Under the pieces are notes generated by a model that worked only from the letters and a program-made list of their open reading frames with translations, was not told the origin of the DNA and ran no database searches. From Podospora anserina (taxonomy: Eukaryota), in assembly GCA_017654855.1 (NCBI GenBank), contig CM030338.1, positions 3,162,001 through 3,226,000 on the forward strand: a DNA stretch of 64,000 bases, written 5' to 3'. Of the stretch, positions 47,636-61,130 are shown piece after piece. Each line of letters begins with the position of its first letter. The first letter of the stretch is position 1. A program made the position numbers and the translations under genes.

Positions 47636-48025
47636 ATGACCTACCTCTTCTACTCAACCCTCACCCTCCTAACCTTCATTCTCACCACCCTCGCCTACCT
47701 CTTCCGCGCAACCTGGCTCCCCCACCTCTCCCAATCCCGCACAGCCTCGTACCTCTACTCCCGCCTCCCGGGGAACTCGTCCTTTGAAGCCGACATGGAA
47801 GCCGGTCTCTCGTCGTCGAATTTCGATTTAAACACCAACCTGGCAGCGGGCGATTCCAGGTCGGGGCTGGATGAGGGCGCGAAGAGGGAGATCTTGCAGA
47901 TCATGAAGAAGAGGAGATTGAAGTTTGACGAGGCGAGAAGGGTGTACATGGAGCAGAGGTTTGCGGCGAATGGGATTGGGGCGGATGGGAGGCCGAGGGA
48001 TCCAAAGTTTGTTAGTTTCTCGTGA
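47636..48025 (+). CDS. DUF2015/UPF0357 (YCL012C-like) small membrane protein
   Basis: N-terminal TM, SFEADMEAGLSSSNFDL, GDSRSGLD, FDEARRVY, GIGADGRPRDPKFVSFS. Confidence 0.88.
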   Translation: MTYLFYSTLTLLTFILTTLAYLFRATWLPHLSQSRTASYLYSRLPGNSSFEADMEAGLSSSNFDLNTNLAAGDSRSGLDEGAKREILQIMKKRRLKFDEARRVYMEQRFAANGIGADGRPRDPKFVSFS

Positions 48026-49432
48026 GGGGGGAAATGCAAATCCGAGAGTCTGTTGGGGGGGGGGGGTTGTTTGGTCTGGTTAAGGTTTTTCCTGTTCGCT
48101 GCTGCTGTTTGGAAAACAGAGCATATATCATGGGTTTGGCTTCATAAATCTATCGTTAATTACTTTTCCTTCTTTTTCTTTATCTTGATTTTTTTTATTG
48201 TTTTTTATTTATTTACATATTCCCCTGCTTTTTACTATTTTTGTTGATTTTTTCATGTTTTGGAGCGGGATAATCTGCGAAGGCGTTTACATGGGACGGG
48301 TTTCCTTGGCCGGACGGATTGCACATGATGTGGCGAGAAAGGGGGGGGCGGGAAGGGGGGTAAGAAGGAAGGAGGGACATTTGATACCACTGGGGAGGAG
48401 GGAGTTTGAAGGTTTTTACATACGCAGGCGAAAAATAAAGAGATGTATCCCGCTCGATCAGGTTTCAGTGTTGTTTTCAGGGTGAAGAAGCCTGATGACT
48501 GGATGTCTTTTGGAGATATACCAAAATGTCTTCAAAGAGCTATCCCATTTTTCCAGTGCTTCTCGAGAGCTTCTTGCCTTTTATATAGGCCTCAACAAAA
48601 GATGGGAAATGTGCTTGAAGGAACAGTCATTAAAACTAGAAGCATGGTTCTTAATAAAACTCGGAATATAGTTGCTAATCTGTGCAATTTCAGGTTGACC
48701 AGGCGATCGTTGATACTTACTATAGCAGATATTGAAGACCATATCCCAATCTTGACATGTCACGGCCAGACCCTTATATCCAGACATAGTGTTCTCCTTC
48801 AAAATGGACACATCCATTCATCATTACTAAGAGCCACCGAGGCCTCCTCTACCATTACTCTCCAACCACAAGCTTTCATCCCTTTCTCAAACCCAACCCA
48901 TTGCCAACGGGTCATATTACAAGAATACCTATACTAATATGTACGTATCTCAAGAGCGATCTCCCATCAGGAGATACCCCCCTATTTTGTGTTTTGGTCC
49001 TCCACCCTCCTCCCCCCACCCCCTATTTCCCACCCAATCAACCATTCATTCATTAAAAAAAAACGCCAACCCTACTCCCTCGCCTTGCTTGCTGCCCATT
49101 TGGATCATGCCCCCCCGCCCCACCTGTCCTCCTTCCTCCCAATGATATTAACATGTCCAAACCGACCCAAAGATAATTATTATATACAGACGCACATTCC
49201 TCATTATAAAAAAAACCCTCACTATCCATCACTGGACAAAAAACCCTACTTTCCCAAAAGCCCAACATGAAACCACCCCTCCATTACATTTTCATCATGA
49301 ACACCACCGACCGTGAGCTTTCTGCTCAACCTCACCCCAGACCACCAGCCGCCGCAGGGTGGTAACCCAAAAGAACGGTCAACCCCAAGCCAACCCCCCC
49401 CAAGAAAGTTTGATATCAAAAGAAACAGCTCC

Positions 49433-50537
49433 TCACTGCCTCTTCTTCGTCTCCATCTCAGGCTCATACTCCCTATCATCCTCCCCCTCCACCTCCAGCT
49501 GGATCTGCTCCATTACCTCCACCTCCTTCTTCCAATGCTCCTCGCTCATCTTGACCTCCTTCTGGAACATCTCCTGCTCCGGCGCCCTATAACTCCCGCC
49601 AATCCGATCCCACAGAGTAAAATACTGGCCATAGTTGTAGTTGAAGGCCAAGTGATGAATCGAATGGCACGCCGCCCCGTTGATGATGGGGTTGTTGGCA
49701 ATGTACTCCCCGTCGTGAATCATAATCGTCCAAAAGTTGATAAACACAAACAGCGCCACGTACGCCACCTTTTGCAGCGGGAAGATGAAGGGGAAGATGT
49801 GATACGGCAGGCTCTGCGCGTAGCCGTCAAGAGGGTGGAAGGCGTGGCTGGCAAAGGGCGTGGGCATGATCCACTTGTGGTGAGGCTTGTGGAGGTGCTT
49901 GTACACCCAGGGGTGGTGAAGGCCACGGTGAATCCAGTAGATGCCAAAGTCGGTGAAGAAGAGGAAGAGGGGGATTTGGAACCAGTTCCACCACGGCCAG
50001 GGGGCTTCGTCGAGCGTGTCGTAGAGGAAGCCGTAACCCCGGACCTCGGCGACGAGGAGGGGGGCGGTGCAGAGGGCCATGATGGGCATGGCTTCGTTGG
50101 CTTGCTTGATTTCGAGCCAGATTTGGTTCTTGAGGAACTTGGGGTGCTCAAAGGTTTTCTTGTCGAAGACGAAGAGGTAGGAGAGGGAGGCGAAGACGAA
50201 GTAGACTAGGAAGCCGAAGATCCTGGGGAGGGAGGGTTAGTGTCACTTGCGGGTGGGCATTGCGTGTGAGAGGGAAGGGGTAAACAAACCAGAGAATGAG
50301 GAACAGCGACACTCCTTGGCGCCAGATGTTATCTCTAGCCCATAAACTGCCATATGCGGCTTGTGATGGTGTCAGGTACAGGTACTCTGTCGCGGGCTTG
50401 TACTGCCATGTTGACATGGAAGTGCCATTGGCAAAGGTCTGGGATGTGAGGCCGGATGGAGCTGGACGCGCTGGGAGCACCCATTGGTACATGTAATCGA
50501 ACAGAAAGGTATCGCAAACTTCGAGGACGACGTCCAT
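49433..50537 (-). CDS. ERG3: C-5 sterol desaturase; intron 50223..50289
   Basis: [14 protein letters not shown] start; His boxes [37 protein letters not shown]. Confidence 0.97.
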
Positions 50538-53088
50538 CTTGAAAGAATTGTGCGCAGTGGAATGCGCAAAACGGGAGAAAATGAGAAGCAAAAGACAAAG
50601 TTGACGGAGACGGTCCCTCTCCCACGCGACGCGAGCTTGCTCTAGATAAGAGAATGGGGGGAGGGGGGAAGCAGGCGAGAGAAAAAGAAGCAGCGGTCGA
50701 GAAAATTGCGTGAGCGAGAGGGCGACTCCCCGGCTTGTTCTAGTGCGATTTCCACACCCTTGGCAACGACCTTCGCTGGCAGGGACGCAGGGGGCAATCT
50801 TAAGAACGGTGGAGCCTCTGATTCTTCGGCCGCGCTGTTTCCGAACGGGACGGGGATGATTGCACAAAAACGGAACCCTGCAGTGTGAAAGAGGTGTCTG
50901 GAAGATGGGGGCCGGTATCTTTGAGATTGGAATTGATCGGGCTGGGAATGCTGTATACACATAATATACTTTTGCTGATAGACATTGAAAAAGGGCAGTG
51001 GGTTGAGCTTCCTAATCAAGAAGCTGTCCATCATCGTCCGTCTTGGACCGCAACCCCTGGACCGAGCAGGTCTCGACAAGCTGGAATGGCACCAGTTGGG
51101 ATGAAGAATTGGGACAACAGCCGTCAATCCAATTCGCTTTGGCGGTGGTCGTGCAACCAAACTGTCGAGTTGCATGATCCGTTTGGCTCTCAAGCTTTTG
51201 ATTCGCCCAGATCTGGCACTAACTCCCGGAGATTCGAAGCTGCCATGCGGCAGAAATGGCGTGAGCTCTTCATTCGATGGGATGGTGTCCGTTCAACGAC
51301 CCGAGGCCGAGCCTGCTAACCAGACTGTGGTTTGGCCAATCGCAGACTGATTTGGCTTAGATCCCCCACATAGATTGATAAGCACCTGCGAGATCAAGCG
51401 GCCTCCGCGCACCGACCACTGTCTGTCTAGCAGCGACACCGAGCCCGAAGCCACCGAACCCTGCCAGGCACATCTCTGATCCCATTGGGGCCCAAGCTTC
51501 TGCCATTCTCACGGGCCATGTCGCCCGGAGATCTCGGCATGGTCGGGATGCCATCAAAACCTCCTACAAATCTTGTTCGACGGTCGCTCTGTCTGGTTTG
51601 TGATCTTGTGATCTGCCATCCCCGTGTACGTACCGAAATGCCCAGATCCCCGTGGAAAAGTGATCCCCTCTCGAAGCAAATTCGACGCGATACTGAACTA
51701 ACAAGGCCGTGCGGCAGTTTTCTCTGCTTCTACATACTGTCTGCACGACCATTTAGTTGGTAACTCCAGTCGAGACAGATGCTGGATATCAACGTGGCTA
51801 TCACGAGAGGTCATGTTCAGCCTAGATCACGACCGTCTTTATGAGGGTTGGTCTTCCCCTCATCTTGATAGTTTGAGTTGTCCAGCCCCAAACAAAAGTT
51901 GCAGCTCGAACCAACAACACGAGGTCTCATCTCAGAGGTACTTGTCAGCCTTGTTTATCGCTCTATGGCCAGCTCATGAACACTGTCTGTCGACACAATC
52001 GTCGAAACCTTCTGTGTCACATGGGACGCTTCCAGTATAGTTGACCAGTCGCCCGGAAACCAGCGTGCTGGGTGCCCATGGGATACCATTCCGGACTCTA
52101 CATGCCACCTTGAATATTACAAACCTTTGGGTCCAAGGTAGTTGATCGATCAGGTGCCATCACATCCCTACCATGCACGCCCTGGACATGAAAAGTTTTA
52201 CTGCAAGTCAGTAAAACCTGTGGTGATCGTCTACTTACACCTTTTGAGATAGGAAACATACTGGGTCACTGCCCTTCAACGTCTATTAACTATCTTTCGA
52301 GGCTTGTTGATTGTCTTTGGAAGTGTTTTAACAGTTTTTGAGGTGGGTTTGAAGTAATATTCTGCTTTGGCTTACTTCGCAGTGTAGTTATTCCATGCAA
52401 AGCGTAGTTATCAAGGTCGGAAACTCGCCTACAAACACCAGTGTCGCTGGCGATTTTGAGGACCTGTTCACAAAGAGTCAACCATCTCCAATCATTCGAA
52501 ACCCTTACCCCTGAGAGAGACTCCAGATGTCACCTACCCTGATGTCACAGATGTAACCTAAGCCAAACCGGGCATAATGAAACCAAAGCACCCTCTCAAA
52601 ACTGCCAAGATAACAGGGGATGTCTCTGAAAGTTTTGTTTGAGATGCCCATTTCGACCACCGACTCCTGAGCTCCGGTAACGATGGAAACAATGCGGTGA
52701 TCTTGATCTCCTGTAAGGCAGATCATGAGCATCATAGCAATCTCCTCCCACTTTGACCGTACGTGCTCTGAGATCCTCCTAGTAACAGAGTGTACAATAA
52801 AATATGAAGTGTCACTCAACCATCTTGGCGTAGCGGCTATCAATGTAGCAACCCCTTTCTCACCTCTTGTTCCACCAGCATGTGACACCTTCTTCTAACA
52901 TCCCAAGCAAACACACACAACCATCTTCTAGAAATGCTGCCTCTTGGCCTTCTCTTATTTTTAGCCGTGCCTCATGATGCGCGAAGATCATAAAACACGC
53001 CAACGGCGTCAACAGCCGACCTTACCCACGGCCTCCCCTGAAAGCGGCGTCATTCTCGGCAACCTCTCGCCGAATTTTGCACGCCAAA

Positions 53089-54587
53089 ATGACTGCCGAC
53101 ATCCGAGTGGATGGATTTGGTGACATCTTTTACGACCTTGAAATTCTTGTCTCTGCTTCGTGTTCATCGCCAAGTGTTGCCATTATGGGAAGGCCGCCCA
53201 AGAAGCCAGAAGAGGGGACAGTCGGGATAGTTTATATGACTGGAGTAGACTACCTCGTGGCCAAATATTCTTATTCCTGCCGCAGTTTCAGTGAAGACCT
53301 TCCCAACAGAACCAAAACGACTGCTGAACAAACCACCGCCATAATGCTCAAACACACCTTTACATGCTTCTTCATCATTTTCGTCTTCTTCTCCCCGGCC
53401 CTCGCCATGTCCCGCCGTTGTGGGATTGATGGCAGATGTCCAATATCGCGGTTCCCCGAGATGGAAAGGCCCTGGTTGAGCATGATACCAACTGGAAGAT
53501 CACCCGAGCATATACGAAAAACCGCCCCATTGAATCCAGATCAAGCAACATCTACCTGCGCTTGGAAGTTGCCAAAAGGCTGGACGCTTTCAACAAGGCT
53601 AGGGAATACAACAGCCAAGAGAGCCGGTGTACGGCGGAGACCATCATCAAACAAGGGGTCAAAGCTGTCAGCGGTAGAGACACCAACAAGGCGGGACAAC
53701 ACAGACAACACGGGGCTGTCACGAAGGAAATATTCCAGAGCACGACTGAATGGGTTTCTGTCGAGTTTGGACCCGAAACGAAGAAATAAAAAAAAGAGAA
53801 CCAACGCCAGTATGATATAAAAACTATTTCCCCCTCCCCACCTTCAAAACAGAAGTCACCAACCAGCTCGAATTCCAACCATCTACCATCAACACCACCT
53901 AAACCCTCGCCTTCAACGACATGACTCCTCTCACCAGTATCATCTTTCTCCTCCTCACAACTATGATCCCAGAGGCCCACGCTCTCTCATTCATACCTTG
54001 CCAACCGTATCCAAGGGTACATACACCCCCCTTTCCCCCTTAAACCAAACTCCAGCTAACCTCCCCCAGCCCGAAAATCCACACACATTCCATATCCCCG
54101 CCCAAGCGACTTCCTACCCGATTCCATACTTATCACACCACCAACAACTGAACAGCAACTTTGCATCTACTGCAGTCTGCCCAAACCCGGCAATACAAGA
54201 CGTCTATATGTGGGAATTCCCAAAATGTTTGCGGTTCGGGTCACGGACCCGCAGACAGAGAGCGGCGTCAAGCAGCTCAAAGCCGTCATCGCCAAAAAAA
54301 AAAAACCAACACGCTGGGCCAACCCGGTGAGATGACCAAGGAAGTTTGACCCCAAACTCTGGCCCAATCCATCTTTCTACAGCCCCGATGTCATACATGA
54401 TTTTTCCATGGAATACGAGAACCAAATCCAATAGAAGCACAGACGATCCGCGTTCTGCCCGAGCCCGGGGTTGCCAGTTACCTGTCCGTGGAGGTTCCCG
54501 AAGGGGGTGACGTTGAGGGTGCCTACACAGTTCAAACGGGGAGTGATTGAGGAGGGGTCGTCAGCAATTTCGGTGGCGTGCTCGTGA
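53089..54587 (+). pseudogene. decayed hypothetical gene fragments
   Basis: Protein-like ORF pieces in shifting frames (53077..53820, 53436..53789, 54161..54349 and downstream), broken near an A12 run at 54295-54306; no family recognised. Confidence 0.3.
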
Positions 54588-55569
54588 GGGGGCTTAAAGC
54601 GGGTAGATGGAGGCCCGGGAGACTCTCTCTCTAGCTACTTGTTAACAATAACATATACCGACTATGAGATGATGAGAAGAAGAAGGATGCACCTCGCTAT
54701 CTCTGACATGAATGAGATACCTTACGCAAGAATTTTTGTTTCAAGCAAATACCCAGTGTCCAAATCGAGAATGAGATTCAAGACGTAGGAGTGCTAGTAG
54801 TAAGCTTCCGCAGGCCTTTCTGCGGTCAGACATGCGGCCGGCCTGTGATACAAAAAGAGGGCTGCTGCATAACAGGCGTGAAGGAGGTGGGTTTAACTTA
54901 TTCCGAACGATTTTGATATGACGGTTGTGACTGGATGGTAAAGCAGGTGTGATGTTGTTTGTTATGGGAGTTCGTGAAGCAGAAGGAAGCCACCATATTT
55001 CCATGTTGGAACTGACTAGTCACGAGATTTAGCGGCCTCGCTGGATGACCGTTGAGCTTGAGCAACGACAACAAGATGTAGTGGTTCTCGATCACATAAT
55101 CAACAAGGCTGAGCCGGTGGCTTTGTCTCGGCCCGCACTGGACAGGTTCCCGGCTCGGCCTAGCTGGTGCGGAGATAGGGACCCGCTTCTTTTCTCTCCC
55201 TTGGAATGTGCGCCCCCATCTCCGGGGGAACTTTCCGTCATGGCAGAGAGCTTCCGAGTATCCTCCAGGTGATGACCCCGAAGCCTGGGAGTGCATCGAT
55301 GCAGATGTCGATCCCCATCGGCTACGTCGGGTCAGATTTCGTTATATCTTGGGCTTTCCTCGGTGGCCACCTATCACGGCCAGGTCTAAAACATAGGTAA
55401 AGAAAAGTATGCTGGTAAAAATGGTCGGACCACTTCCCCGCATTGACATGGTGTTAACTACTAGAAGACTGTCAGCCGACGGTGAGCCTCTTCGGTGTTC
55501 CAGGATCCAGGAAGCGTTGGAACAGGCAAGATCAAAACGTTGCGGTGATAAGACCTCCGTTTCCCTCTA

Positions 55570-56864
55570 CTGTGGTTACGTACAAAAGTTTTGCCCCCTT
55601 GTCAAGTACCGCCCAGGGCCTTGTTTTTTTGGCTAGGCCAACTTCGGCCAAAATTCTACCGCAATTTCCTCCAGACCAGTATTTTCCACCTTTCAACACC
55701 ACTTAGCCAGCCAGCCAGCACCACAATGGCTCCCAATCGCCACCTTACTACTGAAGAGCGTCAACGAATTCGTACCCTTTATTTCGACGGCCACCTTAGC
55801 CAACCCCGAATTCAAGAAACCACTGGTTATACGAAATACCAAATCCGCCATGCGATACGAGCCCCGGCGGCCGAGGTCGCCCCACGATCTGGCCGACCAC
55901 GCGTTATTACGGCCGATCAAGAGCTCGAGCTTATTCGGTATGTGTGTGAATCAAAGGCACACCGTCGGATGAGCTTCCTGGAGCTTTCTATTGCCCTTTT
56001 CAACTCCCTTCTTAACTGGATTACGATTCGCAACGCCCTTTACCGCCACGGATTTCGCCGTCGAGTTGCTCGGAAGAAGCCTCCTATTTCAGAAGCCAAC
56101 CAGCAAAAGCGACTGGCCTGGGCTATAGAACATAAAGACTGGACTCTCGAACAATGGCGTACAATCCTTTGGAGTGACGAAACCTGGGTAGTTGGTGGTC
56201 CTCACCGTAAGCAGTATGTTACACGCCGAATCGACGAGGAATGGGACCCTACTTGTATCGTTGAAAAGCACCAGAGAAAAGGAGGGTGGATGTTCTGGGG
56301 CTGCTTTTACGGCTCAACTAAAGGCCCTGGTATCTTCTGGGAAAAGGAATGGGGATCGATCAATGAGTATTCTTACCGAAAGAATATCCTTCCTAACGTC
56401 CACGAATTTATTGACGATACCTTCGAGCAACACCATTTACAGCTTTCTTTTTATGCAGGACGGCGCACCTGGCCATCGAGCGGCCGGTACGAAGAAGGAT
56501 CTTGAGAATAGGAAGATTAGAGTAGTTGATTGGCCTCCTTTTTCCCCAGATTTAAACCCTATTGAATCCTGTTGGAATTGGATGAAGGATTATATTGAGG
56601 ATAAATACGGCCTTGAGGAGAAGCCGTCGTACGCGAAGTTGAAGAGGTACGTGGAGGAGGCCTGGCAAGAGCTTCCGGAATCTTACCTTCAAACGCTGTT
56701 GGATTCGATGCCCAGTCGGTGTGAGGCAGTAATTGCAGCGAATGGTATGCATACAAAATACTAGCTATAGATATGGTGATTATTTTGTAGAATACAATCG
56801 TCAGGGTGGACCTTGACTAGCGCGAGTACTTGACAAGAAGGCAAAACTTACCCCTGCACCACAG
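55570..56864 (+). mobile_element. Tc1/mariner (impala-like, DD34E) DNA transposon, 1295 bp, TA target-site duplication
   Basis: TA at 55568-55569 and 56865-56866; imperfect ~40-bp TIRs CTGTGGT-N8/9-AAGTTTTGCC-NN-CTTGTCAAGTAC at both ends; encloses a transposase. Confidence 0.95.
55726..56764 (+). pseudogene. Tc1-family transposase with a single +1 frameshift near 56444-56452
   Basis: HTH region, RSGRPR, WSDET (D1), MFWGCF, then in the +1 frame MQDGAPGH (D2) and WPPFSPDLNPIE (E) with 34 residues between D2 and E. Confidence 0.92.
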
Positions 56865-58188
56865 TAGGCAAACCAGACTTGGGCAGATAATGTGCAGACA
56901 TGTAATGCAGACATGCTGCCTGCTGTGATCTGTGCTCGAGACAGAGCCATGACGGCACATGTGCTGACAGCGGGGCTATTCTCGGGTGCGGAACGCAGGC
57001 TGGGGGTCATCCCGAACATTGGCAGGAGAGCCCAAACGGGTAATCCTCACCACCACCACCACCACGATGCCGATGCAATGTGATGAACGAGATGGGATGG
57101 ATGGGGGTGGATGGCAAGCGGGGATGTTGCTTTGGTTTGCCGAGGGCCACTTGTTGCAGCACTGTGACGAACCGGATAATTTGGACCCCTGTTTTTTGTG
57201 CTCGTTTTTATTTTCTTACCACACAGGTGAGATATCTCACCCAACCCTCGAAACTTTGTGTTTCATTATCGGAATACGGATGCCTTGTGCTTTCCCTTCA
57301 GAGTGGTTTGCTGCTTGTGTTGTGCATGGTGAGAAGTGAGGTGGGAGGGTGAGGTGAGGTGAGAAGGAAAAGACAAACTTGTGTCACCCACAGAGGCACG
57401 AGAGGTTGACTTCACTTCTGTCACAAATTTCCAGGAGCCCAGGCTTTTGCTGAAAATGGTTGGTCTCTCGGGAAACAAAACGTGTGTGCTCGATGCTGCA
57501 GCCACCCCATCCCTGGGGCCGCTGCAGGTTGCTGCACACGCCCCCATTTTGACCCACTCCCCCACTTGCCTCCTTTCCACTTTCCAGAACGGCGCACGCT
57601 AAGACAGCCTGCGCGTGCACGGTCCCTGGTCCACATTGGGGTGGGTCTTCTTGAGCAGGAGCGCCGCATCTGCCCCCCGGTCCTGGTCCCCTGCTGGGAC
57701 GTGGTACTTGACTCCAGCGCTACTGCCACACGTCGGCAAAGGTACCTTTTTTTTTCTGTCCTGCTTGACCGTCCCAGGTAGATTCCAGCCGCCCCTACGC
57801 CCCCCTCCACTCTGGCGCCTTTCCTTCCCTCTTGCTTGCTCTTCACCTTCTTTCCATTTCCTTTCCCTGCCTCTCTGTCTGCAACCACAACCTCCACCAA
57901 AACACCTGCGTCAAAAACATCACCACTCACCCGACACCCGACACCACCCGCGCCGTGTCTTTTTCTTTCTTTCTTTCTTTCTTTCTTCGGAACGCGCGAC
58001 GGCCTCATCCACACCATCGACGGGGAACCAAGAGCTCACAGCCCTCGACCGAGCCGCCGCCGCAATCGGGCGACGTGCACCCATTTCTCGCCAAGACTTT
58101 TGTCTACTCGTAAATTCGTAAATTCTCTGGTGCATCGCCCCCCCATCAACCCAATCCACCCCGACATCATCGTCGCCCACTGCACACA

Positions 58189-60247
58189 ATGTCGATGTAT
58201 CCCGGCCATCGCGGCATGGGCGTCGCGCCCCCTGCCAACCCCAATGGCAGCCGCCAGAACGAGCTCCTGGAGGGCATCCGCGCCGAGTTTGAATCGCATC
58301 AACGACAGATCGAAGGATATGAACACCAAAGTAAGTTTTGGTTCGACAACACCGCCGTGCCTTGTCCCATCCCGACAATGCTGACAGTCTTTCCGCCACA
58401 GTCCAGGCCCAGGTTCAAGAGATGCAAATGATTCGCGAGAAGGTTTATCAGATGGAGCAGCAGCATGTCCAACTGAAGCAAAAGTAAGCTTGAAGCATGT
58501 CTTGGACAAACTACACAAGCCTTCTAACGCGGCGCGCGCCTGTTCAGATACGAGGATGAAATCAACCTCCTTCGTCGTCAGCTGGAAACTCGCGGCGGTG
58601 GCCCCCCGGGACCTATGAACCCGCCGCCACAGCATGCTGGCCCTTCCCAGCAGCCCCCTCCTCAGATAGGCAACATGGGGGGAGGTGGTGTCTTCAACGG
58701 GATCCTCTCCGGGCAGGGCGGACAGGGCGGCCTGGCCCCCCCTCCTCATCCTCCTCAGGAGCAACAGCAGCCTCCCCACATGCCCCCCGCGCCACCGGGA
58801 CTCCAGCAGGGACCTCCTCCCCCTCCTCCCCCGCCGTCTCAGCAGCCCCCTTTCCAGCAACAGTACCAAGGACCAGCCCCCGGCGGTTTTCCATCTCAGC
58901 CCCCCCAGAGCACCGCTAGCCCCGGCCCCGGCAGCAAGAGAGGGCAGCCGATCGGGAGACCCCCTGCCGGCGGTCCCGCCACCCCCCAGATCAACACTCC
59001 GGTTCCCTACAACGGCCCCGGCCAGTCTCCCCAGGTCCCGACCCATCCCACCCCCGACCACCCCCGCATGGTGCAGCAGCAACAGCAGCAGCACCAGCCC
59101 GTCCCGATTTCTTCTCAGAGCAACGCATTGAGCGACCTGGACCCCGAGCGTCTCCCAAGCCACATCAAGAAGGTCAAGGACGATTGGTGGGCCATTTTCA
59201 ACCAAGCGGTGCCCCGTGTTTTGGATGTTGATTTGGTTCACACTCTCCAGCACGAGAGTGTGGTCTGCTGCGTGAGGTTCAGCGCCGATGGCAAATTTGT
59301 CGCGACGGGATGCAACAGATCTGCTCAGATCTACGATGTTCAGACTGGTGACAAGGTCTGCATTCTCCAAGACGAGAGTATTGATCTCAACGGCGATCTT
59401 TATATCAGAAGCGTTTGCTTCAGTCCAGACGGGCAGTACCTGGCTACCGGTGCTGAAGACAAGCTCATCAGAGTCTGGGACATCAAGAACAGGCAAATTC
59501 GCAACACTTTCGCTGGTCACGAGCAGGATATCTACAGCTTGGATTTTGCCCGTGATGGCCGCACCATTGCTTCTGGCAGTGGCGATCGCACTGTCAGGCT
59601 TTGGGATATTGAGACTGGTTTGAACACGGCAACGCTCACCATCGAGGACGGCGTCACCACCGTTGCCATCTCGCCCGATGCCAAGTATGTCGCCGCCGGC
59701 TCGCTTGACAAGAGTGTCAGGGTCTGGGATGTCAAGACAGGCCTCTTGCTGGAGCGTCTCGAGGGTCCCGAGGGCCACAAGGACAGCGTTTACTCTGTTG
59801 CTTTCTCGCCCAACTCTCGTGACCTCGTCAGCGGTAGCTTGGACAAGACCATCAAGATGTGGGAGCTTGCCGCTCCCCGGAATCACAACCAGATGCCCGG
59901 TGGTATTATGAAGCCGGTCGGCCGCTGCATCAGGACTTTTGAGGGACACAGGGTATGTATTTCTAGGTCTTGAAGCCGAGGCCTCGTTGCTAACTTTTTA
60001 ATAGGACTTCGTCCTCAGTGTTGCGCTCACCCCCGACAATGAATGGGTTCTCTCCGGTTCCAAGGACCGCGGCGTTCAGTTCTGGGATCCCCGCACCGGA
60101 CACACCCAGCTCATGCTCCAGGGACACAAGAACTCGGTTATCTCTGTGGCTCCAAGCCCTGCGTCAGGAAACTCGGGCGGCTGGTTTGCGACCGGTTCGG
60201 GTGACATGAGGGCACGCATCTGGTCGTACAGTCGTATCCGCCACTAG
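58189..60247 (+). CDS. TUP1: general transcriptional corepressor Tup1/RCO-1 (Tup_N plus WD40 repeats); introns 58331..58401, 58484..58548, 59953..60004
   Basis: [92 protein letters not shown]. Confidence 0.97.
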
Positions 60248-61130
60248 AAGGAACAAAGGATGCGATCAATCAGACGGAAGCTTGCTAACTTCGCAAGCGT
60301 TCTACGAAAGCTTGAAGCAGAGGGGTTGGGACCTTTGTAACTAATCCAAATTCAAACGGAAATGGAAAGTTGAATAACGTGTGTGTGGGATAAAATGGAA
60401 AGGAAAGGGAAAGGAGTATGTGGAACTTTTGAAGCAAGTAGGAAGCGGAAATTCGGGTTGTTGAACTTTTCTTGTTTCCTACTTTTTTTGCTTTTTATTT
60501 TCTTACTTCTCTTTTTTTGTCTGTTTGATAGGGTATTTTTGTCTGTTTTTTTTTACACACACAACTTTGACAACATAACAAAGGGTATTATTAGTTGGTG
60601 GGCTTTATGGTAGTGGTGGGTTCCGGGGGCGGGGGTGGGGGTGTATTGAACTGAAAGGGTTTTCTTTGAAAGGATCATGGTGAATTGTGATTTGGGTGAC
60701 TTGAATGAGCATGGGGCCTCGGGTAGGGGGGTGGTGTGAATTTACCCCTGAGCCCTGTTTGTGACCTACCTTGGACAACCATCTTCCAACACTTTCTGCT
60801 GCTGTTCTGACGTTTCCAACCAAGGCACACTCTGACAACCTCGACACACACACACACACACTCTCTCTCTCTCTGTCTAAAGTCAAGGAACCCCTTTGGT
60901 TTGCTGTCAGTATGTATGCTCGGTCAGGGGTCTTTTTTTTACTACCTTATGTGCTGAATCTATCAAGAATTTTTCCCTCCAAACAAAACATGAAAAAGGG
61001 ATGGATGCATGTAAGTTTACCTACCTACCTGGAAATCAACACATCGCCTTCTGCGCGGTTGTTGTTCCCAAGTTTGTCCTATCAAGAAAGGTGTGGTGTG
61101 TACACCAGTCAGGGGGGAACAAGAGTGCCA

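Noticed and set aside
49313-50209. 298-aa plus-strand ORF
   Set aside because: Antisense to ERG3 exon 2
56762-56770. TAG CTA readthrough context at the transposase stop
   Set aside because: A second TAG follows one codon later, so no meaningful extension
55045-56980. Cys-rich text flanking the transposon (CRHAACCDLCSRQSHDGTC) as an interrupted IBR/RING gene
   Set aside because: Removing the element leaves stops and no continuous frame; the resemblance is too weak without a search
57500-58188. ~700-nt ATG-free TUP1 leader as a non-AUG extension
   Set aside because: In-frame TAA at 58111-58113 closes the frame; consistent with an ordinary long 5'UTR
58036-59949. 637-aa antisense ORF over TUP1
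   Set aside because: Shadow of codon-biased TUP1 on the opposite strand; no recognisable motifs
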